A DNA stretch of 64,000 nucleotides from IMG/VR virus record IMGVR_UViG_3300036806_000484, positions 4,821 to 68,820 of that record, one strand, 5' to 3'. The position numbers and the translations under genes are program-made. The notes under the pieces are model-generated. The model was not told the origin of the DNA, searched no databases, and saw nothing but the letters and a program-made list of their open reading frames with translations. Origin of the DNA: a virus. Positions 20,201 through 27,351 of the stretch are shown here, one piece after another (the first letter of the stretch is position 1; every line of letters begins with the position of its first letter).

Positions 20201-20349
20201 TCGAGAAGCTGCTGGCCGCCGGCTGCGGTGGGCACGGGCTGGCGGCGCTGGATGTCGGTAACGGGTTTGAGGAGGTCCTCAATGCGAAAAGCAGGGCCTT
20301 TGCCCTGCTCTCCGGAAAGAAGGTCCTCGAGCCGGAACGGTGTGCTCAG
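8293..20349 (-). CDS. Giant polyvalent (DarB-like) virion-ejected protein: J-domain, N6-adenine MTase, Strawberry-notch-type SF2 helicase, zincin-like HExxH region; probable CTG start at 20349
   Basis: DPFYTLGL...KSAYRR..MQYHPD; QQFSTP, LEPTAGTG, VMNPPF; ADNVGLGKT, ADEAH, LTATP, AGKVGISLHD, QELGRVDRAGQ; MHELGH. Follows the ejection-protein genes. The frame stays open upstream of the tracked start (20235) to a CTG preceded by GGAGGG. Confidence 0.85.
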   Translation of the reverse strand: MSTPFRLEDLLSGEQGKGPAFRIEDLLKPVTDIQRRQPVPTAAGGQQLLDSLEASAHAAPALEPRPAAAEATQQADTREIQPLDVAPVRFQPPAAEGPTLGAEAQNERFGRAPVTPGMDLTPPKTVPAATMPPVQARPFGERPDQADLVEGAMGDTIRRGKAEEAAAAAEPATREGYERNLGENSIARGVGQAWSDFGEPVREALLKAGAAATGSQALEDQLAMSEMKRRAIDEVGRTDEGAPLPERIAQGAGDLARVAAGMLPMAVGGEAAPLTEAVLESGAPAAADVAASVAHAAQPIGERALESGVTEGARFGTYEAGKELAGPDRPTAEQLGENVSQATAAGVGFGAAEPFIGAAARATMERARQAWAGAVQQAQIMTAGKSLTSPASPIVRAGSGDPFYTLGLDANASVEDVKSAYRRAVMQYHPDTGAQPDPDAYRLMTKARDAALSDQQAVQARLAPLMEQLRATDDQLRAAKTPAERAAVAKARSAIQRGIQQAGDPLAAYQTEATNMPGVTAPEAAPPRAPSVQEPPAAETPPPVAPAAEAPPAAPQEAAAERPTIDRVERNGNGATVWLSDGSSHIWPDVSPSVAERASEARLAGGDWQSIIGKPTQPIDIPAPPTEPPAEIPAFIQSPATTEPEAAPTPATAPPPVAPGAVPSSGAAAAPFKLEDLLGGGKPLEQAKTEVAGISEEQRGEAQRAGTTALERDESVNRPTLGDDAYPFERGDMRDYQDRILDAMRGGRVRDARALYDEMAAAHEPDDALEHAIQQREEEAKQQPEFFPEAIEHMPREEAALRQPEHQTPAQAMMPLHSLVENRMGELRGLTIEAMAAPDEVGRVSARGGFHESADDAQQMLAEYDKSWGNAYSGQVRDQMKDMRAALEGPQTDAIADPALRAASSRIDTAARLAHTGDTVNARRELERLHLESSRATPGEQTGERGGVLEILRARASVIDHELRESEHGHSNDEIAREQAITDRNDRAVWRATSGGSPKWDVAREYGLSDEELRQHASEAFGVMGGTGGSEKMAGFEHWGGKNPRLSLEQTDGSKIMLKGTKLLNELRRVLGVGQPGETSVAAPTYAPAAPTKGWQAPESPHTINRSGESVPEGLTGRAENVDRWMTVYGEELKNAVRTRPTEYAYGLDKVPGVLTAMRKAFESGNYTVTNGPAIRATAKKFGIKPTQKAIESFFNGETAASPAVKVPPPLSANEQGFASLDMARAQAELARHEEMLDAGLATDEETQQAKKIVKILKARIKQITDHPMTAMGGWSAPAPKPADKGRVVPTRGPNGEVVYRPEAIPSEPASEVGNVRDLPPAVEPGMVAPPKPLPKPATETLPHQLTPQQQAARQEIIRRLAPEPGSDDERMLNDMSAEELAKMAAQEGVVEPSPAEKKVSQRLSNLSAEALDIASGQPRRIARYLEEVAADLERGDIEQADRSLHRAYVDIGEGQTKRAIQVLIADLEKLSTPSVAETEEFNEAPAPGATSKRGVQSVIEEGATRASSADLTKLSDAALNSLIDRSLPKKAQDLRKWAGQVLGRDYASGTWRTDDLYDAVEVALNRWVQNTFGRIDLMKWDGTRIIDYLKAMREVEEKMVPLSPRGSDKLANQQFSTPLPMAAAAQWATDAITQEKLLEPTAGTGNLISMLPAAQNVIVNELDPRRAHLLEELGFHPMTGSALELPLTGLRVNSVVMNPPFGAANTGKYSGFGATPFASNDVAQRFVYAAMESLIPGGRLVAIMGQGTLNPSSTPFRKWLRENYHVRMYLESPEGAYSTRGTDFGTVMVVVDKEPPTDATGGDIAMVTKPSWEQWMDAVARLGGSGDLRRTGGHEPAENVAPVKRTETAPPKEKPRAALVEEETGGTAQAVEPPAAGGVAAGNREASAPAQRGGASGGSERPASGSGGGAATGTGRGADVVAPEGSQAAQPGGKKAVVPGVARGRVEPRTGDSEERRSELEAANDSPVFSAYPLGTAERRRPHPRLVVETRSLGGMPSPPIDAGFKSPLVEAAWGRPGNQGGISDEQADAVLHGLTAWENDHGILVADNVGLGKTREAAALALEAIARDYGPIIYSTKNEVNIDDAMREFRLVSSGKEDGEFPATFVRVSDYKGVKKGTESLPQPKGAAIYFVQATNLEAYAAALAEINPKVWIADEAHLYKNQFAGRGMAWRGLHNQMLEQGGKFAYLTATPGVTLDEYAYLYGLKEWPIGGFSDWVDRKTGHAPPEKPEGEQEAADAAAAAQQGEDAEVGERPTVKAGGAEGQDIEPGKKKKFMRTRPDVFTTRVTPAETEQIVRELKGKGKFISRDLWRGGVVFRVKEIDLLGDSTKSVKDRKRYDTAAELSRDIVRAGRKFGQMNKQTKTMGLDRAMIQSYLKQVLFDLRLDDVLDAAEDALKAGRQPVISVHSVAGDADLEEGMSAADSEVPVNKRLEAAINRINTREVEKEGSGEDAEYIDLGEIPEAVVKKAKLLERARELVPLRDPVRTIEDRFGASKVAAITGRVAQKKRGALMAEFQSGARPVALISPAGKVGISLHDVNGKQRHMLVADYEWSADTFWQELGRVDRAGQKSKPIIELVASNAAGERKFAATIAARMSTLGASSTGSAESSSAADALERFEMGGDISLEAARLAYQQLPGSIKEHFTGSTFVEFRKGGHGAPDMYVPKHSPDGIDIRKFLLEVMMLPTKEAEEVMRLWVANREALTTGERAEASAARRTARAHGEIVRSIKLSEKPPLTMYETVDAAGGKGAMLNGYVTDHMITIQSVRGHEYGEARSRRYGQFTDDKTGAVISGMVLNPAEGSRVASAFGAGATIATAEDAIAALRLGENVPIMGANGEKWILHPRRDDKVQIKGATLSKHQGVLKGYARYEPVGTFLYVPLDDTHLKKLLDRFPPAQGPAKGGEVNEARAVSRGTAPPPVRPRAKRKPLDVPALVDVSPAPEGATPPMHTGEVRTALDKLAKIGSAVQEAFALPTVTPEAGQVADMYREMQGRLARRDELAKKRVKQVRAQLEKLADWQRLMFIDQAESPDTYGGDRPAAAELFDRMRQARIAQVRSLGTGKLEVLVENYMEHIWERGAREAQIGKVVGRRPIEGGKSFTKHRSIPTTLDGIFDGDADRINAFRSAAMAGDGKTAAKMLKEARQSGSRWPVSTNPADLLLLKLHEMDRYILAHKLVAQGKRAGRFVFRSALMPPPKDMKKIEDNIFTVFGSPYVKVSEAVDGMVNEALDDWIARHGVTHEHGPNIGGRAPGFAEGGNLMATRSGSVHGVKMHELGHILDVRYHLMEKLIPPATAHDKLVDAVIDKASGRQSKHGAINRDNAKIKAARDAERQRRVTMRSELRDLADARFQGSEATATQGYKEYVRGRAEQIANAVHALMYAPELMQKIAPTVKAALTKIFQTDPDLRPLLDIKPSLVIETAQYDQAVGGLVVRGHYYAEPEAADTINRSLAPGLQQNALYSAYRGIGNVLNQVQLGLSAFHAMFTTMDVVVSKVALGIEQMMGGDPGKALASWAAAPIAPVANLLRGVKLRNAYLSGGNVDPEMQALVHALVVAGGRVDQHGFYKTGAAAKFWEALRQKHPLSAAAWSAPGLIEWVARPIMERLVPLQKLGVFADLMRYELSRMPDGATDDDARMIAREVWNSVENRLGQMSVNYLFWHPLMRDLGMVTVRSLGWNVGSGKELGGGMADVRHLLNGRTSERPKGPKSAPDEDGFQDEGEAREPLKRPRLTHPLAYTIALPATIAMAGAIYQMLASGKPPESLKDLYFPQDGTLNPDGTPHRRWFASYMRDVIDFQSRPWQTVKNKLHPLLTAIFDVLDNRDFSGRMIHSPREPNEALPHYAGKVAEQEFAHSIKQFKPIGLQYGGDVQSMLGITSAPAEHQGSDAVNMMHDYLSRRGQDTPTPEQGALRDARREIGRRIKAGDQTAQMALDSMVNSGQITRLQYLSTMRGTEEDPRVSSFRQLNFEEAQNVYNVGTPQEKALWQPILEQKEANHAGGGVARPVRPVHPQHLRVGR

Positions 20350-20350
20350 A

Positions 20351-21427
20351 CTACTGCCCTCCGAACGTCACATTGAATCCTTCGCTGCGCATCTTGTCGC
20401 GAATCTGCTGTGGATTCAAGCCCTGAGTCTGGAGATCCATGGCGCGTCGCTGCGCCACTGCCGGGTCTGTCACGTCCGCGCGCGTCGACGTCGAACTCGG
20501 CTGAGTCATCTGGGGCCTCATCGTCGGCGCAACGGTCGTCGGTCTCACCGCCGGTGCCGGGGCGACTGGAGCGGCCGCGCTCGGCGCAGTCGCGGGAGCC
20601 GCGGTCGTATCGGCCGGAACGGTCTCATCTGCCTGGCCACCCGTAGCGATGCGGCCGATCGCCTTCACCCTGCCCCACAGCCCGGTCGGCTGAACGGTGG
20701 TCGGAACGACTGGTGGGGGCGTGACAGTGGGCGCGGCGGGTGCGGAGGGTGTCATTCTGCCGCCCTTCACCAGGTTGACTGTCTCGTCGTACATCTGGTC
20801 GTAACTGGTGCCATCCGGAACCGCCATCATCCGGCCGCCGACCATCTGCGTCTTCGTGTGTTGGTCGGTCACCATCCGCCACGCCTGGGAGAATGTCGGC
20901 GCGCCGCGACCGCCGCCAGTACCGGTACCTGATCCGCGCCGGTTGTTGTATCCGGCCTGCGCGAGCGCCCGATCCGCCTCGTCCTGCCAGAGCTGGCGGC
21001 GCTGGTCGTCATCGAGGTTCGCGCGGTCCTGCGCGCCCTTCTTGAGTAGGAAGTCGGGATCTTGGTCGGGCCGAAGAATGTATCCCGACGCCGCGGGGCC
21101 CCCGATCGCGACGTAACGATCGTCTGGGTGTGCTGGCGTGCCTGGCGTCGTGGCGGTCGTCGTGAGATCCGCGCCCGCGCCGGCGTTGGCCATCTGATCG
21201 CGCGAGAGCGGCGTCGTCTCGGTGACGGCAGGCGTCGCGGCCACCACAGGCGGAGCGCCGACGCCGCCGCCGTGCAGCGCGGCGAATTCGGAGAACCTCG
21301 CGGCGTCCTGCTGCGCTTGGCGCGCGCGCGTCTCGGCGTCCTGCTGATCCTGACCGGCAATCTGGCCGATCCTGAACAGGCCGTTGCTCAACGCCAGTCC
21401 GGCACCAGCCCTCGCAAGGTTGTCCAT
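20351..21427 (-). CDS. Putative internal virion/ejection protein
   Basis: Ala/Gln/Pro-rich, 358 aa; lies between the tail-nozzle gene and the giant protein. Confidence 0.6.
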   Translation of the reverse strand: MDNLARAGAGLALSNGLFRIGQIAGQDQQDAETRARQAQQDAARFSEFAALHGGGVGAPPVVAATPAVTETTPLSRDQMANAGAGADLTTTATTPGTPAHPDDRYVAIGGPAASGYILRPDQDPDFLLKKGAQDRANLDDDQRRQLWQDEADRALAQAGYNNRRGSGTGTGGGRGAPTFSQAWRMVTDQHTKTQMVGGRMMAVPDGTSYDQMYDETVNLVKGGRMTPSAPAAPTVTPPPVVPTTVQPTGLWGRVKAIGRIATGGQADETVPADTTAAPATAPSAAAPVAPAPAVRPTTVAPTMRPQMTQPSSTSTRADVTDPAVAQRRAMDLQTQGLNPQQIRDKMRSEGFNVTFGGQ

Positions 21428-21430
21428 GGC

Positions 21431-22276
21431 CTAGTGGCCCGTCCGGCTGGATTCCCATGTCGCGAACGGTACGCGCGGCGTCAGCGCCTTCTTTGCGGCG
21501 GCCTGCTGGAGCGCCAGCTCCGCGTCCTGCGCCTGGCCCCGCTGCTCGGCCCCGTACATGCCGGCCGCGGTACCGGCCATACCCAGCGCCAGTTGCGGGT
21601 TCTTCGTGGCGAACCTGCCGATCGCGCTCGGCAAGCTCATGATCGTGCTGCCGAGGTTGGGCCCGGCGGCAGCCATCGCAGGCGCGGCGTCTTCCTCGCC
21701 CGTCGCGATCGTGGCTCCCGGACCGCCGCCCGGCATGACCGAGGATCCATCTCCCGGCACGCCCGAGCCACCGCCGATGATGTCCTGCGCCGCGTGGGCC
21801 GCGCCGGCTGCGAGTCCACCACGAACGGCGCCGCCCACTACCGAGTGGTTCGTCACTCCGGTTCCGGCCTCGAGTCCACCCATCGCCGCCCCGGCGGCGA
21901 TACCGCCGATGCCGGGAAGCAGCAGTCCAGCCGCAGCAGGCGCGAGTTCGGCCAGCGTGCCGCCATCCCAGTCCTTGTGGCTCTGAGTAGCTGTCTGGGA
22001 CAGCGTGTTGAATCGATCCTGGTTGCCGGAGAGCAGTGCGCCAGCGGCGGCGCGCTCAGATGCTCGGCCGCCCTGCGAGCCGGAACTGTCCTGCGAGTTC
22101 CAGTTGATGTCGCCATTCCACCCAGGCACCTCTGTTCCGTGGGTCGTGCCTCCCTGGGAGATGGTGCGCAACGTCGCCAGCGACTGCGCGTCGCCGCGCG
22201 CCGCCAGCTGCTGGAGCGCGCTCATGACCGCCGGATTGCCCCCTGGATTCCGACTATGCTCGCCGAGAAGGCCCAT
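21431..22276 (-). CDS. Putative ejection (pilot-like) protein
   Basis: Gly/Ala-rich hydrophobic stretches (LLLPGIGGIAAGAAMGGL); position in module. Confidence 0.55.
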   Translation of the reverse strand: MGLLGEHSRNPGGNPAVMSALQQLAARGDAQSLATLRTISQGGTTHGTEVPGWNGDINWNSQDSSGSQGGRASERAAAGALLSGNQDRFNTLSQTATQSHKDWDGGTLAELAPAAAGLLLPGIGGIAAGAAMGGLEAGTGVTNHSVVGGAVRGGLAAGAAHAAQDIIGGGSGVPGDGSSVMPGGGPGATIATGEEDAAPAMAAAGPNLGSTIMSLPSAIGRFATKNPQLALGMAGTAAGMYGAEQRGQAQDAELALQQAAAKKALTPRVPFATWESSRTGH

Positions 22277-22291
22277 TGTCCCCGTCCCTTT

Positions 22292-23920
22292 TTACGCGGC
22301 CCGCGACTGGAGCCACTGGAGAATTTCGTTCTGGGTGGTCGGATCCAGCCCAGCCAACGTAGTGCTAAGACCAGCGATATCCGAGCCCTGTGCACTTCCA
22401 GTCGGCAGCGGCGTCCCGGCTGGGTAATACTGCCCGCCGATCACCGTGCCCCCCGGAGGCGAGACGCCCCCACCGGACCCTGTCCCCGTACCGCCGCCCG
22501 TCGACTGACCGCTCGGTGTGCTGCCGGTCGGATTGCCGCCAGGCACGGTCGGTACGCCAGGCTGCGTGCCCGGCTGCGTGCCCGCGCCAGCGCCTCCGGT
22601 GCCAATCGCCCCGGTTCCCGGCGTGCCGGGAGCAGGCGCTCCGCCGCTGGTGATGCCGAGGTTCTGTTCCGCGAGCCACGTCTGGAAGTCGAGGTTGCCC
22701 TGATACTGGGTCTGCTGCTGGGCAAGCTGGCGATTCTGGTAATCCAGCTCGGCTTGGCGGTAGGCCTGATCCGCCGTCATGCCCTGCTGCTGGAGATTCA
22801 GCGCCTCCTGCTTGAACTGCGCGTCTTCCGACAGCGCGGCGTAGCGGTAGGCGTTGTCCTGCGCCATCCCCTGAGCCTGAAGCGCCTGCGCCGCTTGCGT
22901 CAATTCCTTCGACTGCGCGAGCGAGGCCTGCTGGTACGCCGTGTTGGCGTCGAGGCCCTGCTGCTGGAGGTCCAGCGCGCGGTTCTGGAGCCCCGTGGTA
23001 ACGGTGAACTGTGTGTCCTTGTCCTGGAGCGTCGCCGCAAACTGCTGATTCTGCATCAGCAAGGCGCTGCTCGAGAGAGCGTATTGCTGGGCGAACTGGC
23101 TCTGCTGCGCCGCAAACTGCTGCTCGTTGAGCCCCATCGTCGAGGCGAATTCCGTCTGGCGCTGCGAAAGGTCCGCAGCGGCTTGATTCGCCTGGTTGGA
23201 GACCTGCTGCTGCGCGATCGACTGCGTGCCGCCGAATTCCCGCTCCTGCTCGGCAAGTTTCGCGGCGTCCTGCGCGGACTGAGTGCGCGCCAGGCCGGAC
23301 GTCTCACCCTCCTGCGCAGCCGCCAGCGCGTTCCCCGACGCGGCCGCATTACCGGACGCCTGGGCCTGCGCGATCTTATCGAGCAGCGTGGACTCGAAGT
23401 CACCCTTCGCGCGCTGCATCTCACCGGCGAGTTCTGTCCGCTGGTCTCCCTCGTAGCTGCTGCCCACCAGTCCGCGGCTGGACGCCCAATCAGAGATGCC
23501 GCGCTCGGCATCGGCCTGCGATTTGGCGAGGTCCGCGTCGCTCGCTGACCGCTCCGCCTGGACGGTGGTGCTGTTGTAGGCGTTCGGATTGTTCAGCCAA
23601 TCGCCCGCGAAGCTCTGTATCTGCGACTCGAGGTCGCCGAGGTTCGGCGGCGGCGGCGGCGGAGCCGGTGGCGGCGGGGCGAAGCCCGTCGGGAGGTCGG
23701 TTGTCGGTGTGGTCGATGCCGGGGCAGCCGGCGCTGATGGCTGCGCACCGCTCGCCGAAGCGGTCGGCGCTTGGGCCGCCAACTGGTCCGCTGCCGTGGT
23801 GTCGGTGGAGGAATCAGCCGTGGCTGTCGGATCGGCACCGGTGGTAGCGGCCGTCTGCTGCTTCTTGAGCAGAGGGTCGTTGGGATCCACGGTCGGAGCA
23901 ACGGGAGCGGTCATTGTCAC
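22292..23920 (-). CDS. Gln-rich putative ejection protein
   Basis: SRGL..SS motif, long Q/A-rich repeated helices, G/T/P-rich tail. Confidence 0.6.
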   Translation of the reverse strand: MTMTAPVAPTVDPNDPLLKKQQTAATTGADPTATADSSTDTTAADQLAAQAPTASASGAQPSAPAAPASTTPTTDLPTGFAPPPPAPPPPPPNLGDLESQIQSFAGDWLNNPNAYNSTTVQAERSASDADLAKSQADAERGISDWASSRGLVGSSYEGDQRTELAGEMQRAKGDFESTLLDKIAQAQASGNAAASGNALAAAQEGETSGLARTQSAQDAAKLAEQEREFGGTQSIAQQQVSNQANQAAADLSQRQTEFASTMGLNEQQFAAQQSQFAQQYALSSSALLMQNQQFAATLQDKDTQFTVTTGLQNRALDLQQQGLDANTAYQQASLAQSKELTQAAQALQAQGMAQDNAYRYAALSEDAQFKQEALNLQQQGMTADQAYRQAELDYQNRQLAQQQTQYQGNLDFQTWLAEQNLGITSGGAPAPGTPGTGAIGTGGAGAGTQPGTQPGVPTVPGGNPTGSTPSGQSTGGGTGTGSGGGVSPPGGTVIGGQYYPAGTPLPTGSAQGSDIAGLSTTLAGLDPTTQNEILQWLQSRAA

Positions 23921-24336
23921 ACCCCTATGTCAATGAAGGCCATCCTGTCGGGACGACCGGACTGCCCATCGAAGTAGAGCTTGGCGCCAGCGCCATCGAT
24001 CTGCACCGGGATCAGCCACACCCAGTACCGACCGTAGGGAAGCTCCGCCAGCGTCACGTCCTGTAGCCCGCCGGCGCGGCAATCCTGGTCGACCTCGGAA
24101 ACAAAGTTCACCGGGTCGAACGTCCCGCCGCCCTTGCCGGGGTCGGTGTCCTGGACGTGGATGCGCACGTATGGCGTGCCGATCGCCGCCCGGAACCGGA
24201 CATTCAGGTTGGTGCCATCATTGCGCCAGCCTACGAAGGTGGGCTCGATCTGGTCGAGCAGCGCGTTCAGCAGCGCCGCGACCTGCGTGAGCCACAGATC
24301 GCCGCTCGGCGGCGCCCCCATCCGCGGCAGCGTCAC
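23917..24336 (-). CDS. Hypothetical structural protein
   Basis: 139-aa ORF coupled to both neighbours. Confidence 0.6.
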   Translation of the reverse strand: MTLPRMGAPPSGDLWLTQVAALLNALLDQIEPTFVGWRNDGTNLNVRFRAAIGTPYVRIHVQDTDPGKGGGTFDPVNFVSEVDQDCRAGGLQDVTLAELPYGRYWVWLIPVQIDGAGAKLYFDGQSGRPDRMAFIDIGV

Positions 24337-26006
24337 TGCGTCGGCTCCCTCATCAACTCTGACGTCAGCCCGATCAGCGTCAGCTTGACGTCGTCGGTCG
24401 TGCGCACCTCGACGTGCGGCTCGTCCGCCACCAGATAGGTCGGGGCGGTGCTGCGCTGCGGGTCGTCGTCAATCGTGCCGGGGATGTTGATGGTGCGCTC
24501 TGGCGACCGCTTGAGGCCAGCGTGGCTCAGCACGGTCAGAACAGCAGGCGCAGTAGAGGTGGCGGCGACGTGGATCGCCCTGGCCCGCTTGCGCTGCCGG
24601 GGACGGCCAAGAAGGTATGGCCGCGACACCACGGTCATCTCGACCGGGACCCCGCCCGTACCGTCGGATAGCGTGTCGTCGTTGTTCACGCCGTAGTGCA
24701 GACGCACGAAGCCATCGTAGCCCAAGGAGTAGACCATCGATGGCCGCGCGGTGCCCGGCGCCACAAACAGCGTGGCCGGCAAAGCGTCATTGGTGACCGT
24801 CGAGAGATAGCCCGCTACTGAGGCGATGGAATCGCCGCCGCCCGATGCAGAGGCCAGGGAGAGGTAGCCAGCGGCGTCGCTCACCGCGTCCACGCCACTG
24901 GTACCCGCGTCGAGATAGCCGTCCGAGGCGCCAGACAGCAGGATGTCATCCGCTGTGCCCGGAAACCGATCGACCGAACTCGCAGATCGAGGCCCCGGCC
25001 GCTGCCACTGCACCTGCTGGAGCATGTTGATCACCAGGACCCGGTTATTTCTGATCCCGGTGGTCGAGAGCGCGAGGAAGTAATTCTGCTCGACCGTGTC
25101 GTAGGTCGCGCATGGCACGCCAGGGTTCGCGGCGATGAACGTCCAGTTGATGCTCTGAAGGAAGATCGGGACGTTCTTGGTGATCAGCACGATGCCGGAC
25201 GCCGGCGTGTAATACTCGACGCCGCGCTTGCTGAGCCAGCAGGCCGCGTTATCGCCGATACCCACCACGGTACGGAAGGCGATGCAGCCCACCGACCTCG
25301 AGAAGCCCTCCGCGCCGACCGCGACCACCAGCGTCGCTTGGCCGTACCCGTCGATGTAGGAGGTCGAGTCCTCATCGTAGACGAGCAGGTGCGGGCCAAT
25401 CTGGAAAAGCCCCGTGGGCCTGTTGCCGCTGTTGGTCATCACCTGCACTGTGAGGCCGTCGGGAGAGGCCCAGAGTGTCTGGTCCCCAATCGCAGAGCCC
25501 TGCACGATCACACCGTTGTGGCCCGTGGCGTAGAGCCGGCTGTTGAATACAGCGATGAACTTCACGCCGCTGGGAGCGTTGGTGACGGTGCCCCACGTCG
25601 CGCCATCCCACTGGTAGATGACCGTGTCGCCGTTGGCCATAAACAGAAAGTTCGAGGCACCGACGCGCATCGTCGCAAAACTGCAATAGTCCTCGTGCGT
25701 CACAGTCGCGATGTTCGCCCAGGTCGCGCCATTGTCGTCGCTCGCCCAGACATCGGTGCCGAATACGACGACCATCCAGTCCACGGCGCTTGCATCCCGG
25801 AAGTAGGCTCCGCCCCAGCCGGTGCCGGCCGTCAGAAAAGAGGGATGCGTTCGGATGGATCCCCACCGGCGGCGCAAAGAGCCGTCCGGCTGTACCCGCG
25901 CGTTGATGAGGTCCGACACGGCGTTCTTTGGCATAGCCGTCGGGGCAGCCCCGTCGACCGCCCCGAACGAAAAGTCCGCCGTGACCTCCGGAATGAGCTT
26001 GGCCAT
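24333..26006 (-). CDS. Tail nozzle/stabilisation protein (P22 gp10/tail tubular B-like)
   Basis: N-terminal DFS.G...N.....DGSL.RR.G; beta-rich repeats; VGCIAFRTV; 557 aa. Confidence 0.7.
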   Translation of the reverse strand: MAKLIPEVTADFSFGAVDGAAPTAMPKNAVSDLINARVQPDGSLRRRWGSIRTHPSFLTAGTGWGGAYFRDASAVDWMVVVFGTDVWASDDNGATWANIATVTHEDYCSFATMRVGASNFLFMANGDTVIYQWDGATWGTVTNAPSGVKFIAVFNSRLYATGHNGVIVQGSAIGDQTLWASPDGLTVQVMTNSGNRPTGLFQIGPHLLVYDEDSTSYIDGYGQATLVVAVGAEGFSRSVGCIAFRTVVGIGDNAACWLSKRGVEYYTPASGIVLITKNVPIFLQSINWTFIAANPGVPCATYDTVEQNYFLALSTTGIRNNRVLVINMLQQVQWQRPGPRSASSVDRFPGTADDILLSGASDGYLDAGTSGVDAVSDAAGYLSLASASGGGDSIASVAGYLSTVTNDALPATLFVAPGTARPSMVYSLGYDGFVRLHYGVNNDDTLSDGTGGVPVEMTVVSRPYLLGRPRQRKRARAIHVAATSTAPAVLTVLSHAGLKRSPERTINIPGTIDDDPQRSTAPTYLVADEPHVEVRTTDDVKLTLIGLTSELMREPTQ

Positions 26007-26008
26007 GA

Positions 26009-26449
26009 CTACGAGGTCGGGGCCTCGTCCACGGTGAACAGGTCGCCCAAATCGGCGATAACGGCACCGAGGGCCGCGCCGTTTCTCCAGCCATCCTGGC
26101 CGGACTCGGCGCTGGGTAGATCGGCCTGCTTCAGGGCAAACTCGATCGGCAGGGCAACATCGATCATGGCATCGTCTACTCCGCGCTGCGAGGCGTCGAT
26201 GGCGAGCCTGAGAACCTGCTCCTGCATCGGCGTGAGCGACGCTCCCTCCGGCACCTCTTCCTGGTAGAGGGCAAGCGCGTTGGCGCTCTTCTTGGCCTCG
26301 AGCGGCTCCGCGAGAGGTGCCAGTAGGCGCAGCATCCGCGCGACCTTGAGGTCCGCGCCGAGGTTGGCCATGCGCCGGTTGCCCAGAATCTTGAGAGCAC
26401 CGAACATCCGCTGGAGATCCGAGTTCTTCATCTGCATTGCCTTTGCCAT
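26009..26449 (-). CDS. Hypothetical protein (possible fibre chaperone)
   Basis: ATG after GAGG; helical ~146-aa protein next to a fibre-like gene. Confidence 0.55.
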   Translation of the reverse strand: MAKAMQMKNSDLQRMFGALKILGNRRMANLGADLKVARMLRLLAPLAEPLEAKKSANALALYQEEVPEGASLTPMQEQVLRLAIDASQRGVDDAMIDVALPIEFALKQADLPSAESGQDGWRNGAALGAVIADLGDLFTVDEAPTS

Positions 26450-26465
26450 CCCAACCTCGAAAGAA

Positions 26466-27311
26466 TTAGGCCCCGATGAGTCCGTGAGTCGTGATGTCTG
26501 CCTGAAGTTGCGCGACCCGACCGGCGAGTTGCGCGAGTGTAACGGTTCCGGTCGCATACGCGGTGGCCTTGTCGGGCGATCCGGTCATCGCCGTGTAGCC
26601 GGTTACCCTAGCCCTCACGACCTGGGTGCCACCGATTTGGAAAGCACGGCCGTTATCAAGGTCGAGGTCTTCGTAAACCACCATCTGTGCCGATCCTATG
26701 TTCTGGCGCATCACCCGGCTCCAGAGGGGCTGAGAAGCCCCCGCAGCGTCGGTTGTGAAGCAGACGAAATTGTTGTCATTCTGGGCGACGAAATATCCTT
26801 TCCCGCCACCCGTGTCGAGAAAGACGAGTTTCGCGTTGTTCTGGGGTCCGAAATCGTTATAGAACGTGAACGCAGCGCCGGCACCGAACGCCCTGAGTGT
26901 CGTGGCGCCCGTCGCGTCGGTCAGGCTGCCCCAGCAGTTGTTTCCGTCGTAGCCGAATAACACCTGGTACGTGGTCCCGGCCTGGGTGCCGAGAACTATC
27001 AGTGCGTTGACGTTAGCTGCTCCGACCGAGATGGTGGTACCCCCGCCAAAGCGCACCAACCCCAGCCCGGTATAGATGGCATAGCAAGTACTACCGCCGA
27101 TCGCCGACGCCCCGGCTGCGATAAGTCCGCCGGCGATCGTGAGGTTGCCGTTCAGGTCTAGCACCAGCCTCTTCGCGGCCCCGGTGCCGTCGTTCCACGC
27201 CTCGAGAAGCGAATCGTTAGGGGCCGTGCGTGGAGTGGCAAAGCCGAATATATGAGGGATATTCGCGCCGGCTCCCTGCTGAATAGATTTGATTCCATAC
27301 AAGAGTGACAT
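26466..27311 (-). CDS. Tail fibre/appendage protein
   Basis: Gly/Thr-rich beta region with C-terminal QVVRAR...LQADITTHGLI, a typical fibre terminus. Confidence 0.6.
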   Translation of the reverse strand: MSLLYGIKSIQQGAGANIPHIFGFATPRTAPNDSLLEAWNDGTGAAKRLVLDLNGNLTIAGGLIAAGASAIGGSTCYAIYTGLGLVRFGGGTTISVGAANVNALIVLGTQAGTTYQVLFGYDGNNCWGSLTDATGATTLRAFGAGAAFTFYNDFGPQNNAKLVFLDTGGGKGYFVAQNDNNFVCFTTDAAGASQPLWSRVMRQNIGSAQMVVYEDLDLDNGRAFQIGGTQVVRARVTGYTAMTGSPDKATAYATGTVTLAQLAGRVAQLQADITTHGLIGA

Positions 27312-27351
27312 GGTGTCAGCGCCCCGTTTTGGTTAGATTGTGGGCGTGGAC

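Noticed and set aside
8293-20349. Tape-measure protein
   Set aside because: Contains enzyme domains, and the neighbouring genes are podovirus-type with no tail tube or sheath.
22700-23300. CRISPR array or DNA tandem repeat
   Set aside because: Repetition is from Gln/Ala codons in a protein; no fixed repeat-spacer pattern was seen anywhere in the window.
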